From the NCBI RefSeq assembly GCF_024521635.1, contig NW_026250435.1, positions 124,001-188,000 of the forward strand: 64,000 bases of DNA, written 5' to 3'. Below the pieces are notes generated by a model that did no database searches, had not been told where the DNA came from, and saw nothing but the letters and a program-made list of their open reading frames with translations. This document shows, piece by piece, positions 23,050 through 36,704 of this stretch (position 1 is the first letter of the stretch; the number at the start of each line of letters is the position of its first letter). The position numbers were made by a program, and so were the translations under genes. This DNA comes from Tricharina praecox (Eukaryota).

Positions 23050-26000
23050 ATGCTCCTCGTGCACACCACCGGCAGCACTCGAATCGGCGAGGTGCGCCGG
23101 TACACAATAACGTACACGCCGTCGTCTGACCGGCTGCTGCCATTGCCTGCCGCGCTGCACCTACGGATCAAGAACACCGCGCCGCTGCCGTTCCGCGCCG
23201 CGTACCTGCACGGCCCGTACACGCTGTACGTGTCCGTGCGGCGCCAGGAGTTCGAGCCGTGGACGAGCAGTACGCCCGGCACCAGGGAGCGCGACGAGGA
23301 GCTGCAGGGAGAGCGCGATAGGGGCCAGGGGAAGCAGGAGGGCGGGATTCCGGTGTAGGTCACTCGGGAACAGATGGAGGGGGGGAGGGGGCGCTTGTGC
23401 TGACGATGATGGGGGGAGGGCAGCTACGATCCGCACCTCAAAGCCGGCGCCTCGTTCTACGCGACGCTGCCGATCCCGCCAGAGCTGATCGAGGACTCGA
23501 TGCGGATATTCCGCGAATCGGGCGCGCCAGATGCTCCCGGCTGTCGGAAGGGGTACGAACACGGCGGGCGCATGAGTCTGGACGGGAAACGCACGTTCTC
23601 GCGCGATCCGAAGCGACGCCGCAGCGTCACGTGGATCATCGAGGTCATCAGTCAGGTGATCTTCTCGACGACGGCGACGGTCGGCTACGAGATACTGCTC
23701 GGGAGAGACGAGAAGTGCCTCAGCTTTGCGTATCCGCTTGGCAGCGGGAATACTACGCCGCGGCCCGGGAGCTCGGGAAGTGATGGTACGGGAGCAGAGA
23801 ATGGCGTGTTGTCTCGTGCGGTGCAAGTGAAGTTGCAGGGGACGAAGGAGCTATGGGAGACACCTGCGTTTCCGAGTTGGCAGGAGGGGCTGACGAGGGA
23901 GGAGATGGCGAGGGATCCAGAGGAGCAGGATGAGGCGCGGGAGAGAAGGAGAAAGCAGAAAGTGAAGAGAAAGACGAAGGATGTGCATTTGGTTATTCTC
24001 ACACATGGTTTGCATAGTAATACCGGTGCGGATATGCTATTTTTGAAGGAGTCGATCGATGAGGAGGAGAGGAAGGCGACACTGATGCGGAGGAAGCTCG
24101 TCGAGGAGGGCAAGATGTCTGCCGCCGAGGAGGAGAATGCCGAGCAGGTGATTGTGCGCGGGTTCCACGACAACAGCTGTCGCACCGAACGAGGGATCAA
24201 GTATCTCGGGAAGAGACTCGCGAGATTCGTCCTCCACACCGCACGTCCAAACCATCCTCCGCTGCCGCAATCGGGCCGCAATAAGTTGCACAAACCGAGG
24301 AAGCCGCATCATCACCCGCATCTGACTCCCGAAGCAAGGGATAACGGACTGCCAGGGCTGAACGACGGGGCTGGGGATGTACCACCGTACAAGATTACAA
24401 GTATTTCATTTATCGGCCATTCCCTCGGAGGCCTGGTGCAGACGTATGCGATTGCTTACATCCACGCACACTCGCCCACCTTCTTTCAAGAGATCAAACC
24501 GGTCAATTTTGTCGCGCTTGCAACACCATTTTTAGGATTGTCCAACGAGAACCCGCTCTACGTTCGGTTCGCACTCGACTTTGGGCTGGTGGGAAAGACT
24601 GGACAAGATTTGGGCCTGAAGTGGAGGGCTCCCGGCGCGTTTGCGGCGTTTGGTGGCAATGGGACAGCATCCAAGTCTGCGGGTGGTGATGGAAGTTCTA
24701 AGCCTCTTCTCAGAATCCTGCCCACGGGACCGGCGCACGAAGTTCTCAAGATGTTCCGTAATCGGACGGTGTACGCAAATGTTGTCAACGACGGAATCGT
24801 TCCACTCCGCACTAGTTGCTTGCTATTCCTAGATTGGAAGGGACTCGGCAGGGTTGACAAGGCGAGGAGAGAGAATGGTCCTGTCGGTGGCCTGGTTGAG
24901 TGGGGCTGGGGCCAACTCGTGAGTACCAGTACGGCAACCTCTGCGAGTAAACCACTGCCGCCGACGGGATTTGGGTTTCCGGGTGGGTTTGGGAATACAT
25001 TTTGGAGCAAGAGTGGAGACTCGGCCACTTCTTCGACAGTGGTGCCGCCTACCATCGTCGCTCACGGCACTGCAGAGGAGCCAGCGGCCCAGCGACTTAT
25101 AGAAAACAATCCGGTTACTGAAGCACCGCTCACCAATGAGCCCTCGGCGAGGGAGCGCAGCCAGCAACAGCAGCTCACCATTTCTGCACCACCCTCCCAA
25201 CCCTCATCTCCCAGCATCAAACCCACGCCCAATCCGTTCAGTGCATTCATGACTCTCCTTCGCCCACACGCTGGCACTAAGTCCAAACCGGCAGGAAAGA
25301 TCTACCACCGCTCCCAGACCCACTCCACTGTGTCTTCGGCCGAATCATCATCCGCAGATTTGGCCCTCTCCTCGCCCAGCGACGAGCCCACCACTCTCGA
25401 AGCGCCGCCCAAAACCTCCATCTTGGAAGCCGCGGGCGACGTCCTCAACCCACCCCTCCCCAGCACCGAATTCCTGATCGACCCCGGCTCGCGCCCACAA
25501 ACAATCTTCCACGACCGCGTCTACCACGCGGACGAAATCCCGCCGCTGCCCGCCTCCAAACGCAGCACCGGCCTCGCCAACATATCCACAGCGGCCAGCA
25601 ACATTCCCGTGGAAGAAAAGATCGCGCGTGCCTACCACAAAGGCATGTCGTGGCGCAAAGTCCTTGTGCGGCTCGAGCCCGACGCGCACAACAACATGGT
25701 GGTCCGGCGCATGTTCGCCAACGCCTACGGCTGGCCGGTAATCCAGCACCTGGTCGAAACGCACTTCGGCATGAGCTACGAAGCGGTCACCCCGGACGCC
25801 TTCGAGGGCCGCCAGGAGCGCGCAGATACCCCCGAGGGACTTACCGAGGCCACCTCCCCGACCGTCGCGAAAGCGCCCCCGGACACCCCGACCCGCCGCC
25901 GCAGCGACACTGTCGATACTGCTTCGTGGACGTCGGACGCGTTCAACATCTCGGACGACGACGTGTCGACGACCGACTCCGAGGAGGACGCGAACGCGGA

Positions 26001-26619
26001 GGAAACACTGCAGGCGTTCCTGGGTCTGCCCCCTACGCCGCAGAAGCAGCAGCTCGAGCGCGGGACTACAGAGGTCTCCAAGGTCTCTGCCGAAGCTGCG
26101 GCGGCGGGTGGCGTCGGCACCGGTGGAACTGTGGGCTTGGGACTAAGGAATCTCAGCTTTGGAAGCGGTCCTGGCGGGGGCTGGGGAGAACGCAGGAGGA
26201 GCGGCGAGAGCGAGAGGCGCAGCGAGGCTGTTAAGATGCTGGAGCGCTGTAGTAGTACTACTACCGTGAGACAGGCGCAGAAGACTAGTATTGGGAGTTC
26301 CGGCGGTAGTCCGGCGAGTGGCAGCGGTGGGGAGGTGTGGAGGGAGGGCGAGAGGGAGGGGCTGCTTGAGGGGGAACACGAGGAACGGGAGGAACGTGGG
26401 GAGGAAAGGGGCACGAAAAGTAATGATACCGTTAGGCAGGTGAGAAGGATCAGTGCCGTTGGCGGGCCGGCGAGTGGGAATGGGACGCATGTCGAGGCGG
26501 AGAGCGAGGGGTTGTTGGCGGGGCAGGAGCAAGTAGAAGAGGGGTTATTGGCGGGACAGGAACAGGAAGAGGAACAGGCGGAGGAGCGTGTACAAAGCAC
26601 TGTGACGGGCACGGAATAG
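23050..26619 (+). CDS. DUF676 putative lipase/serine esterase (Rog1/Lpl1-like)
   Basis: N-terminus LRIKNTAPLPFRAAYLHGPYTLY; HLVILTHGLHSN; GHSLGG nucleophile elbow; LATPFLG; YANVVNDGIVPLRTS; DAHNNMVVRR. Intron 23355-23423. Confidence 0.9.
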
Positions 26620-27869
26620 CGATGATGTGCGGAGGAGTTGCATATATTGGTGTTTTTTTGAGCGGCTTTTTCTCTATATCATCTTGCTTGGTCTTGTGTG
26701 TTGAGGATAGTATGGATGTCTGTATGCATACCTAGAATGGGATTTGAGGGTTATATCAGTCACTAGGTCGGGGTGGAATCTGGACGCGAATCGAAAATTG
26801 TAATAGTAAGGCGGCTTTATTCATCCTTTACTTGGTACATTCGAATTTCAGTCACTCATCTCTCGTCAAAACTCGGCACCACGCATATTGCCACGCACCA
26901 TATGCTCTTACTAGTATACGTGGGCGTTTGTACAGTACGTACCCCTTAAATCTCTGGCTACCAGCCCCACATTCACCACTCTATCCGTTCATCAACGAGT
27001 TTATGAGTTTAATAAACGAGTTGATTGTCGTGTCACCGAGATGCGGTGCTTGCATGTGGTTTTGTCGTCCACTAGAATCCAGGCCATCACCTTCGCTCTT
27101 CACGTGGTAACCACTGGTATCATCGCTCATCACTGCTCGTCACGTGACACAATTGCTCATCGCCGGGTAAACTACCCGCCAAAAGGCAGAAATCCACACA
27201 GCTAGCCCGCAGCGGGTTGACTTGCAGACATCTAAGGCACGCCGCACGACGACATGCGGTGCGCGGCGGATGATCAGATAATCATTGATAAGCCTCTTGG
27301 CATGACACACAATTTATCAGATGGTCTGATATCTGCAGCCTTTCTTCGCCGGCTGCTATCTTTTCGGCGCGGAGTGGCCGGCCAGGGTTCCGTGCGTGCG
27401 TGAGACCACACGGCGACGGATGCCTGGCCACACACGTGTCTCGCCAGCATGCTTCGATGATGAATGAGCCCGACCAATTCGCTCACCAGCCGTCATAGAA
27501 AGTCTTCACAGAGATCATACATATCATCATGCGCACCCGTTGTTATCCGCATCGGTATGCATAGCACTTCCTTCTTTCGTGCCAGCTGTCGAAAGGAATC
27601 ATCATCATCCTCTCCGGACAATATCCGTGTCCGTCGACACTCTGCCGGCCAGTCACCCCCCCTCCCTCCCATCCCAGAAACATTCCCGGAGGTCGTCATC
27701 CCCCCCCACACCACCAACTCACCACTCACCACTCACCGCCCATCATCCGCCAACCAGCAGGCAGGCCCCCGCCGCACCCGCCCCACACCGGATCGACGAG
27801 GCGGATCGCGACGAAACGGAGCTTACCATATTAAGCCCCCGCACGGAAAGCCCCTGCTAGAACCTCTAC

Positions 27870-30800
27870 ATGTCGACACCTGCATCACCGTCCGCGCATG
27901 GCAGTGGCCGGCGCAGCAGCAGCAGCCGAATCCCTCCAGGAGGAGGAGGAGGAGGAGGAGGGGGAGGAGGAGGAGGAGGGGGAGGAGGACGAGGCCTCTC
28001 GCACCGGCTCACCCCGCCCCTGTCTCACCGACCTGATCGCTCGCCGAACCCCAGTAGCAGCACCAGTAGTAGTCACACCCATGGCTCATACGCCAACACC
28101 GACTCTCCTCCGCTAGACCACGAGCCGGAACTCGAGTTGTCGTCGCTTCCTTCCCCGCGACTTACTCGTGCCAGCGCTAACCGCGGGAGCCCTCTTGCTT
28201 TTCTCCCCACCACCGCCGAAGACGACGCAGACCCGTACCCCTCCCGTTCTCCCGCCAGCTACTTATCGGACCGCGACCGCCCGTTGACATCCCCCTCCGC
28301 CGCCGCTGCCGTCGCCGCAGCTTCATACCTCTCGTACGACTCCGGCCACGAGCTCGATCGCAACCGCCGCCCACCGCGCCGACCACCACCACCACCGCCA
28401 AAACAATCACACTACTCACAACACCGACCAAACACTGATACTAGCGGCTTCGACTTCGGCTTGGGCTTTGGCGCCAAATTATCCGGCTGGTACAATCACA
28501 TGAAGGCGACACATTTTCCGCTGCTGCGTTCGTCGCCAGCAGTAGGCACCGGCAGCTACGGAGCCCTTCCGACGAGCTACCAGGGATCCGGTGCATCTTC
28601 GGAGACCCCCTCGGACGAGGACCACGGTGCTACCACGGAGGAAGATGAGGGACCGCTGTCATCTGCTACCGACGGACTGATGGGTGGTGGTGGGACTCGC
28701 AACAGAAAATGGAAGGGCATACGGACGGGTGTGGAAACAAGAGAAGGACTAGAAGGCTATCAGATGGACCCGAATGAAGCAGGGAGTGAGTCGGAAGCCG
28801 TGCTGGATATTGACGACGAAGAGGACAACGAGGAAGAGGAGGAGGAAGACGAAAATGACCCAAAGGATAATTCACCCTACCCGGAAGTGCGCGCATCCGT
28901 CCTGGCGACCGATGACGAGTCCCTGTCGATCAACACGCCCAGAATGTGGACCCTGTCACTGCTCTTCACGCTCGTCGGGTCGTCGACGAACCTGTTCTTT
29001 TCGCTGCGCTACCCGTCCATATCGATAACCCCAGTGATCGCCTTGTTGCTCGCGCATCCTTTAGGAAAGCTCTGGGACCAAGCCTTTCCCAATGACCTTG
29101 AAAATGAAGTCAAACCGACGGGGACGCTGGGTCGGTTCAGAAGTTGGCTGGGCCAGGGGCGGTGGAATAGGAAGGAACACGCTTGCGTATATATCAGTAG
29201 CAACGTCTCCTTTGGCTTTGCCTTTGCTACCGACGTAAGGCTCTTGTGTCTGGACGGCCCGTGGTTTCGACAGGCGCCAGGGATGACTTTTGGCTGATGA
29301 TCCTCTCTCCCCATAGGTGATCGTTGAGCAAACGCACTTCTACCATCAGGACCCTGGCGTTGTTTACCAGATCCTCCTGACGTTGTCGACTCAAATTCTG
29401 GGCTACACGTTTGCCGGGTTGACGCGGCAGTGGCTGGTACGGCCAAGTAGCATGATCTGGCCAGGAACTTTGATGTCCACGGCGATGTTCACGACATTGC
29501 ACGGCGAAGAAAATAAGCCAGCCGATGGGTGGGAAGTTTCGCGGTGGAGGTTTTTCGTGAGTCCTTTCGCACCTAACAGTATTCTAGTGATCTGCACGTC
29601 GTTATCAGATCATTTGATAGCTGCCTGCAGAAGTGTGTTTCGAAACCACAGGTCCGCTAACCGTGATGACAGAATTATGTTTTCGCCGGAGGCTTCGTAT
29701 GGTATTTCGTTCCAGGCTTCCTGATGCCCGCGCTCAGTTACTTCAACGCTGCGACGTGGTTTGCTCCCGATAATGTCGTCATCTCGAACTTGGTATGCCA
29801 CATCGCCGTCCCACCTGCAGGAACGTATGCGCCCGCTAACTGCGATCACAGTTTGGTGTCAGGTCGGGCTTGGGAATGCTGCCGGTGACCTTTGACTGGG
29901 CGCAGATTTCGTACATCGGATCGCCGCTAATGACACCGTTCTGGGCTGCTGCAAATGTGGTTGGAGGGCTGATACTCGTGATGTGGATCATCGCGCCAAT
30001 CATGTGTACGCTGCCGTGCACGTTGTTGTTGCTGTCGCAGGATAATTATCTGACCGCTTCGCAGATTACTCGAATGTGTTTTACAGTTCGTACATGCCAA
30101 TACTGTCGAGTGATGTGTTTGACAACACGGCGCAGACATACAACGTTTCGCGCATTCTCACGCCACAGTTCTTGTTCGACGAGGAGGCGTACAAAGACTA
30201 CAGCAAGGTGTTTATGCCGATCACGTAGGTCCCCTGATCATCGTGCGTTGTCGTCGGCCGTCGGCTGATGAGGAGGGGGGGGCGTTGCAGATATGTACTC
30301 TCGTACGGCCTGCAGTTTGCCGCGCTGACAGCTTTGGTCACACACACGGCCTGTTGGCACGGGAAGGACATCTGGCGCCAGTGGAAGAAGGTCATGCAGG
30401 CTCCCTCCCGACGGCCTGCAGGTGGTGCCGAATATGCTCCGATCGCGACACCATCGTCTTCGGCGGGGGGGAGGCGCGCCAGGCGGCGTAGGAGCCGTCG
30501 TCTGTCGACTGTCAGCGACGGCGAGTGGGAGGAGATGGTCAATGGCGATGATGTTCACATACGGCTGATGAAGAAGTACGAGGAGTGTCCCACGAGCTGG
30601 TACCTTGCGACCTTTGTTGTTATGGTTGCGGTCGGCATCTTCGTCGTCGAGTATTATCCCGTGCACCTTCCGTGGTACGGGCTTCTGCTGGCGTTGGGCG
30701 TTTGCGGCGTCTTCTTCGTTCCCATCGGGATCGTCATGGCGATCACCAACACGCAGTCATCGCTCTTCCTCGTGTGTCAGCTCATCTGCGGCACCATCTT

Positions 30801-31578
30801 CCCCGGCCGCCCGGTCGCCAACATGGTGTTCGTCATGTACGGGTACATCACGTCCACACAGGGGCTCAAATTCGCAGCGGACCTAAAGCTGGGGCATTAC
30901 ATGAAGATCCCGCCGCGCCTCCTGTTCAACATCCAGCTCTTCGCCACGGTAGTCGGCTGTCTGACGCAGATCGGAGTGCTGAACTGGATGTTCAACAACA
31001 TCCCCGGGATCTGCACGCCCGAGGCGCTGAACGGCTTTACGTGTCCCATCGCGCGCGTGCACTTCAACGGCTCGATCCTGTGGGGGGTCGTAGGACCCGG
31101 CCGCTTCTTCGGCTCGAAAGAGCTTTACCGGCCATTGATCTGGGCGTTCCTGATCGGTGCGATCGCGCCAGTCAGTATCTGGCTCATCTGGCGGGCGCGC
31201 GGGAAGCCGCGCCGCTCCTTCCTCAAGGCCATCTCGTTGCCTGTGCTCTTCGGCTCGCTGTCGTGGATCCCGCCCGCTACGGGACTCAACTTCTCCGCTT
31301 GGGCGATTGTGTGCTACGTCTTCAATTGGGTACTCCGTAGGCGCCGCACAGAGTGGTGGGGGAAGTACACCATGACCCTCAGTGCCGCGCTCGACGCGAG
31401 TTTGGCCTTCGGCCTGGTCGTCGTGTTCTTTGCGCTGCTCTATCCCGGCTGGGGATGGCTGGAGAATCTGCAGTGGTGGGGTACGAAAGTGCATACGCAG
31501 GGCTGCGACTGGAGGGGCTGTGCGTTTAATGAAGTACCCGAGGGCGGAACGTTCGGGCCGAAGTTTGGGAGCTGGTAA
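27870..31578 (+). CDS. Oligopeptide transporter (OPT family, Isp4-like) with a long low-complexity N-terminal extension
   Basis: SPYPEVRASV, WNRKEH, LVRPSSMIWP, FDWAQISYIGSPL, DLKLGHYMKIPPR. Introns ~29235-29316, 29557-29672, 29793-29851, 30006-30064 and 30225-30290. (GGA)n poly-Gly at ~27938-27990. Confidence 0.92.
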
Positions 31579-32341
31579 GAGGGGGTTTATTTTTTCTGTC
31601 CGGGGAGATATTTTGGAAGGCGGGTTGTAGGTATAATAATGAATACTGACACTGCGTTTGTGGTAGATTTGGGGTTTTGCTGCTGATTGTTGTGTTCATT
31701 TGCACTGCGTTTCGCCTGCTTGCTCCTGTCTGACTCACGACTGCTTTCGCCTGCAACTGCTTTCGCCTGCTATCCTATCACTCCTCCTCCTCCTCCACTT
31801 CGTTCGTTCGTTCGTTCTGCGTTTTGGCGTGCATGCGACTGCGACTGCGACTGCGCTTTCGCTTCGTTCTTCGCTTCGTTTTTCGGTTTCGGTTTGGATT
31901 GTTTTTTCGTCTTGGATTGTTTCGGCTTCGGGTCGTTGGATGTGCTAATCTAGAGTGACTTATTTGCTTGTTTACATAGATGTTTTATCGGTTACTTGAC
32001 TGTGGCTTAGGTCTGTAGGATGTGATGTAGGATGTGAGATGTACTGTGTACTGGTACTGTGTCGACGTGGACGTGGATATGAACGCATGTGTATCAATAT
32101 TTCATGGGCAGAAGGCAGAAGGCCGAGATGCGCGTACGTGATGACTACTTTGTGGAAATGGGAGAGTATGGCTATGGGGTGGATGGATGGATGAATGAAC
32201 GGTGTAGTACGTGGACATCGGGAACTACATGGGCTTGATGTGATGTGATATCTCGACTTTCAGTGCACGGGTTATGCAGTGTTTATCTATTATTCTATCA
32301 AACCCAGGCCGCAGGGTATATGTCTATGTCACTACTCCGAT

Positions 32342-35300
32342 CTACTCATCGTCGCTATCCACGACGACAGCTCTTCTCCTTCGAGCAGCTACCGGTTTAT
32401 CCTCCTCGCTCTCACTGTCGGCGTCTTCAGCTTCATCGACGACGGAAACGTCTCGCATAACCACATCCTCTTTTTCGGAATCGGAGCTGGAGTAGATGAT
32501 CACCGCGCCAGTTTTCCTCGTGATCGGCTCGATGGTGCTTTCCCTCTCCCTCTCCCTCTCCCTCCCCCCCTCGTCGTCCGAGTCATCATCATTAAAGATA
32601 CTCTTCTTCTCCTTCTCCGGCTTGTCCACCTTCTTCCTCCGTTTCGTTGGCGCCTCCCTTTCCCCGTCCCCGTCCCCCTCCTCCCCATCACTCCCACCAC
32701 CCCTCACCAGCGGCAGCTTCTCAGGCCTAACCACCGGCTGCGGTCCGAGACTTCTAATCTCCCTCTCGCGGGCATAAAACATCTCGTCACCCTCGACATC
32801 ACTGTTGTCATCACTATCGTGCACAAACTTGTCGCTCTTGATCTTCGACAGCTTTAGTCTCTCCGCCTCCTCGCGCTTCCGGCGCTTCTCGAGGGCTAGC
32901 GCGCTGAGCTCTTCGTTCGCCGCCTCCGCCTCGACTACCAGGCGCCGCTTGCGTTTGGCGCCCTTGCTGCGCTGCGGCGCGTGCACGCTGGTTGGACCGC
33001 CGGGCTCGAATAAGCCTGTGGCCTCGTCCTCCTCGTCGGCGGAGGAGCCTGAGGAGTCGGAAGACAGCACGGGGCGGCGGGTGCGCGCTGTGGTGGAGGG
33101 GAGTTTGCGCTTTAGCAGGTCAGCGGCGGCGGTGTTGTCGAACGTTGGAGGGTCGTTGGCGAATTTCTGCAGGAGTGTTAGGTTCTCGGCCAGGGTTTGC
33201 GAGGTGTGGCGCGCCGGGATGAGCCATTTCGTCTCTGGCGTCTCGTTTGGTTCTACGGGTTCGCAGCCTACGAGCTTGAGAAGGAAGCGCAGGACTGCGT
33301 CCTTGAATAGCGCCCGCGCGCGCTCGTCGGTTCTGGGGTCAATGAGGATGTCGGGTGGTGTGCCGGCGGTGGTGGGGGAAGGTGCGGCTTCTGATGAGGG
33401 ACCGTGGGCTTCGAGCGTGAGACGCGCCGCGGATTCGTCTTCGAAGGATTTGCGCTCCGTTACGGCTTTCCTGATGACGTCCTTGAGCCACTCCACGTCG
33501 CTGGACTTGTTGTCGTCCAGTAGTGCGGCAACTCCGACGCCAACCTGGTCCGAGTGTGATTGTACCCCCGAGCCAGGTTTGATCATGAGCTCCGCTGCGG
33601 CACGCGGTTTTGCGACGTGCAATTCCTTGGTGTAGCCGTGCTGGAGGTAGTGCGTCGTACTGGAGAGCTTCGTGAAGAGGAGCTCCACATACATCGCCGG
33701 CTCGGCCTCCAATTTCTTGAACAGCTTCCGCAGGAAATGTTTTGTGAACTGGTCGACCTCCTTGTATGCCGGATGCTTCCTGTCCAGAGCCGCGGAGCCC
33801 TGCATCATGCGATGCAGCAGATTCACCAGATCCAGTCTGTACAGCAGCACCTCCATCTTCCTCTTTTCCGAGATGCGATGAAACATCTTGATGGCGCGCA
33901 TGATCTGGGTCGCATTGAGCTCCTGATAGTAGGTGAGAAACGCGATAAACGTGTTGATGCAGTTCTGGTTCAGGTATTTGGCCTCGAACTTTGTGAAGTC
34001 GAAGGCGCGCTCTGCAGCTGCACTTTTGCTGGCGGCGACCAGCTCAGAATCGTCTTCTTCGTGCTCGGCGGCTTCGCCGAGGGCGGCGGCCTTTTCTTTG
34101 GCTTTTTTGGACTGGCGCCGGCGTGACCGAACAAACATGTGTTCGTGCTGCTGTGAGTACTTCTCGAGGAGCTTGAGGTGGACGTATGCCATCTCTGTGC
34201 AGTCATCGAGCCATCTATACGGTCAGCTGTTGCCACACCGGATCAATGGAAGCCACGTACTTGAACGGCTGTTTTGTATACGACCGGCAGATGTTGTAAA
34301 TCAAATCCATAGTCGTCTCTTCGTAGAATAGACGGTTCTGTATATTCTCGGCAATCTCCTGGTCGTCCTCGATCGGCGACAGTGCCATCTCCTGTACTGT
34401 ATAGAGGATCTGGGTAAAGCACCTCATTCCTGCCTGCAAGGCCGTCCACTGCTTCATTTCAAACCATTCTATCATTTTCCTGTTGAGCGTGATCAGGAAC
34501 TGCTGGTTGAGGACCGCCGACACGACTGCCCAACTATCCTCTTCTGCGGGGAGGCCTTTCTTTTTCCGGTCCTTCGCAGCGATCCGTCGTCTGACCCTTT
34601 CGGCTTCAAGGAGCCACGCCACGAGGGAGAAGTATTGCCTTACATGCGAATCGAGGAGGCGTTCGACATCACGGTCGATAGCTCGGCGGATAGACTCAAA
34701 TAGCGGGTTGAACCCGGAATCGATGAAATCCTCAACAAACCGGCGGAAATGCTTCTTTGCGCCGGTGGTCAAGCTTACCGTCATGTCGAATTCCGTCTTG
34801 AGGGAGACGCCTGCTTTATCCGCACCCCGAGCCTTTTTCCACTTTTTCGCCTTGTCGAGCTTTTCCAGGCCGGTGTCCTTGGTCAACAAGGCATCCTGGC
34901 CGGACACGAACGACCGTGTCCCATCGGTCCTCTCCATCCAGATGGTCGAGCCGAAGCGGTTATGTCGTGTCGAAGACCTCGAGGCAGCCCGCTTCAGGTC
35001 ATCTTCCCGCTTCAACAGCTGCGCAAGATCGTTCCCGCGCTTCTCCGACTCCTCGCCATCTGACCGAAAGATGGCTTCAACATCCAAGCCCTTGATAAGA
35101 TGATACAACACCTCCATAACAACTGTATCGTGCGCCCTGAAGTCGTCCGCAATGCCGGACGCAATCGTGAGCAAGAGGTCCAGCACATTCTGCTCTGCGT
35201 ACGCCGTTATAGTCGCACTCCTGTTGATCTCCTCTCCCGCCTCATTCTCGCCCGGCTCTGGGTGCTCGATGATCGCGATGTTCCGCAGTGTGTAGAGTAC

Positions 35301-36056
35301 CAGCTTGATGATTCCTTCGTCACGAGCGCCCCGGTCGTACGACGGCATTGCCATTGCGGGGAGTGCCGCGCGGATGATGTCTTTGAGGATCTTTTTGGAA
35401 CTATGTTGCAGGATTGCGGTCTTGTAGCGGGCCTGCGCGTGCTGCAGCACCGGGATGTGGCGGTGGTGGTTGACCGTCATCTGCTCGTTTTGTTTCTCGA
35501 ACGGCCATGTCAATGGGGTGAGTAATTCAACTGTGAAGCCGTCAGCATTCCCGGAGCTGTGAGCGTCCACCGGCCAGAGAGAGACATACTGCACGCTACC
35601 GTTAACCGATGTATTGGCTTCACCATAGTATCCTCCTCCTTCCACATGGCAATAATCGGCAACAGATCACCTCCCACCAGGTTCATCTCGCTCAGACATC
35701 TGGCCACCTATCATCCATCATATCAGCCCTACCCCGTCCTCATCCTATCCCAGGCAGGGAGGCACAAACATCGTATCGATTCAATTTCTCATCATAAAGC
35801 TTCAGCCATCTCCGTAGATCCTTCAGACACGCAAGCGCGTCGTCGCCAAGTGTATACCTCCCATCCTCTTCGACGGACGCGCCTCCGAGCGCTGTACAAA
35901 TGGAGTAGATATGAGCTCTCTGCAACCGTCAGTGATCGCCACCAGCCAGCATAGATCGGGGAGACGGACAATTAACGGGTCGACGACATCGCGGTTTTGG
36001 GCTTGGACTGCGGCTTCCTCGGGGTCTGGGATGGATACGGGTTCGTTTCGGGACAT
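32342..36056 (-). CDS. TOF1: Replication fork protection factor Tof1/Swi1/Timeless
   Basis: AHIYSICTALGG, YTLGDDALACLKDLRRWLKLYD, ELLTPLTWP, STRHNRFG, IAENIQNRLFYEE, ERAFDFTKFE; several short introns. Confidence 0.93.
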
Positions 36057-36704
36057 GGTATCGTGTGTGGGGTATGTGGGTGGTGGTGGGAGGAGTGTCG
36101 AGGAGTTGTGTTTACGTGGAGGTTCGGAGAAGACGCGACGCGTAAAGATGTCCGCATTCCCCTGTCCTCCTGCCCATGCCACGCTACTGCAAGGACCGGG
36201 TTGTATGGTGCGGGAAACGTCGGTTACACAAAGGATGAGGGAAAGTTACAAGATCACGATTTAGATCAAGGTGTTACGCGGGGAAATTACTCGAGCTCTC
36301 AGTTATTTAGAGTACAACCAGAGGATTTAAAGAGGCAGAAGAAGGAGGGGTGTGTCTATTGAGCTGGCATCGTGTGGTCTGGCGGCACTGGCCTTCCCAG
36401 TAATTTCTCTGGCGACAACTTCCGTCGACTAAAGCCAATTCCCCATCGATTCGTACTGGCTTCTTTTCACCAAGTTCTCATTTCTTGCTGCTCTCATTCG
36501 TGGAAAAGATACATGGTAAAAGTGGCCAAGATAACTACACTCGGTACTCGAAGGTAAAAGGCACGAGTTCGGAGTTCCTAGTTATGTGAAGACTGATTAA
36601 ACCCCACAGAGAAACAATATCTAAGGCTACTTATATGAAAGTACACAAAAGAAAAGGAAACCCCCAACAGTACCAAGCAGCAAGTGAGTAGAGCAGACAG
36701 CCCA

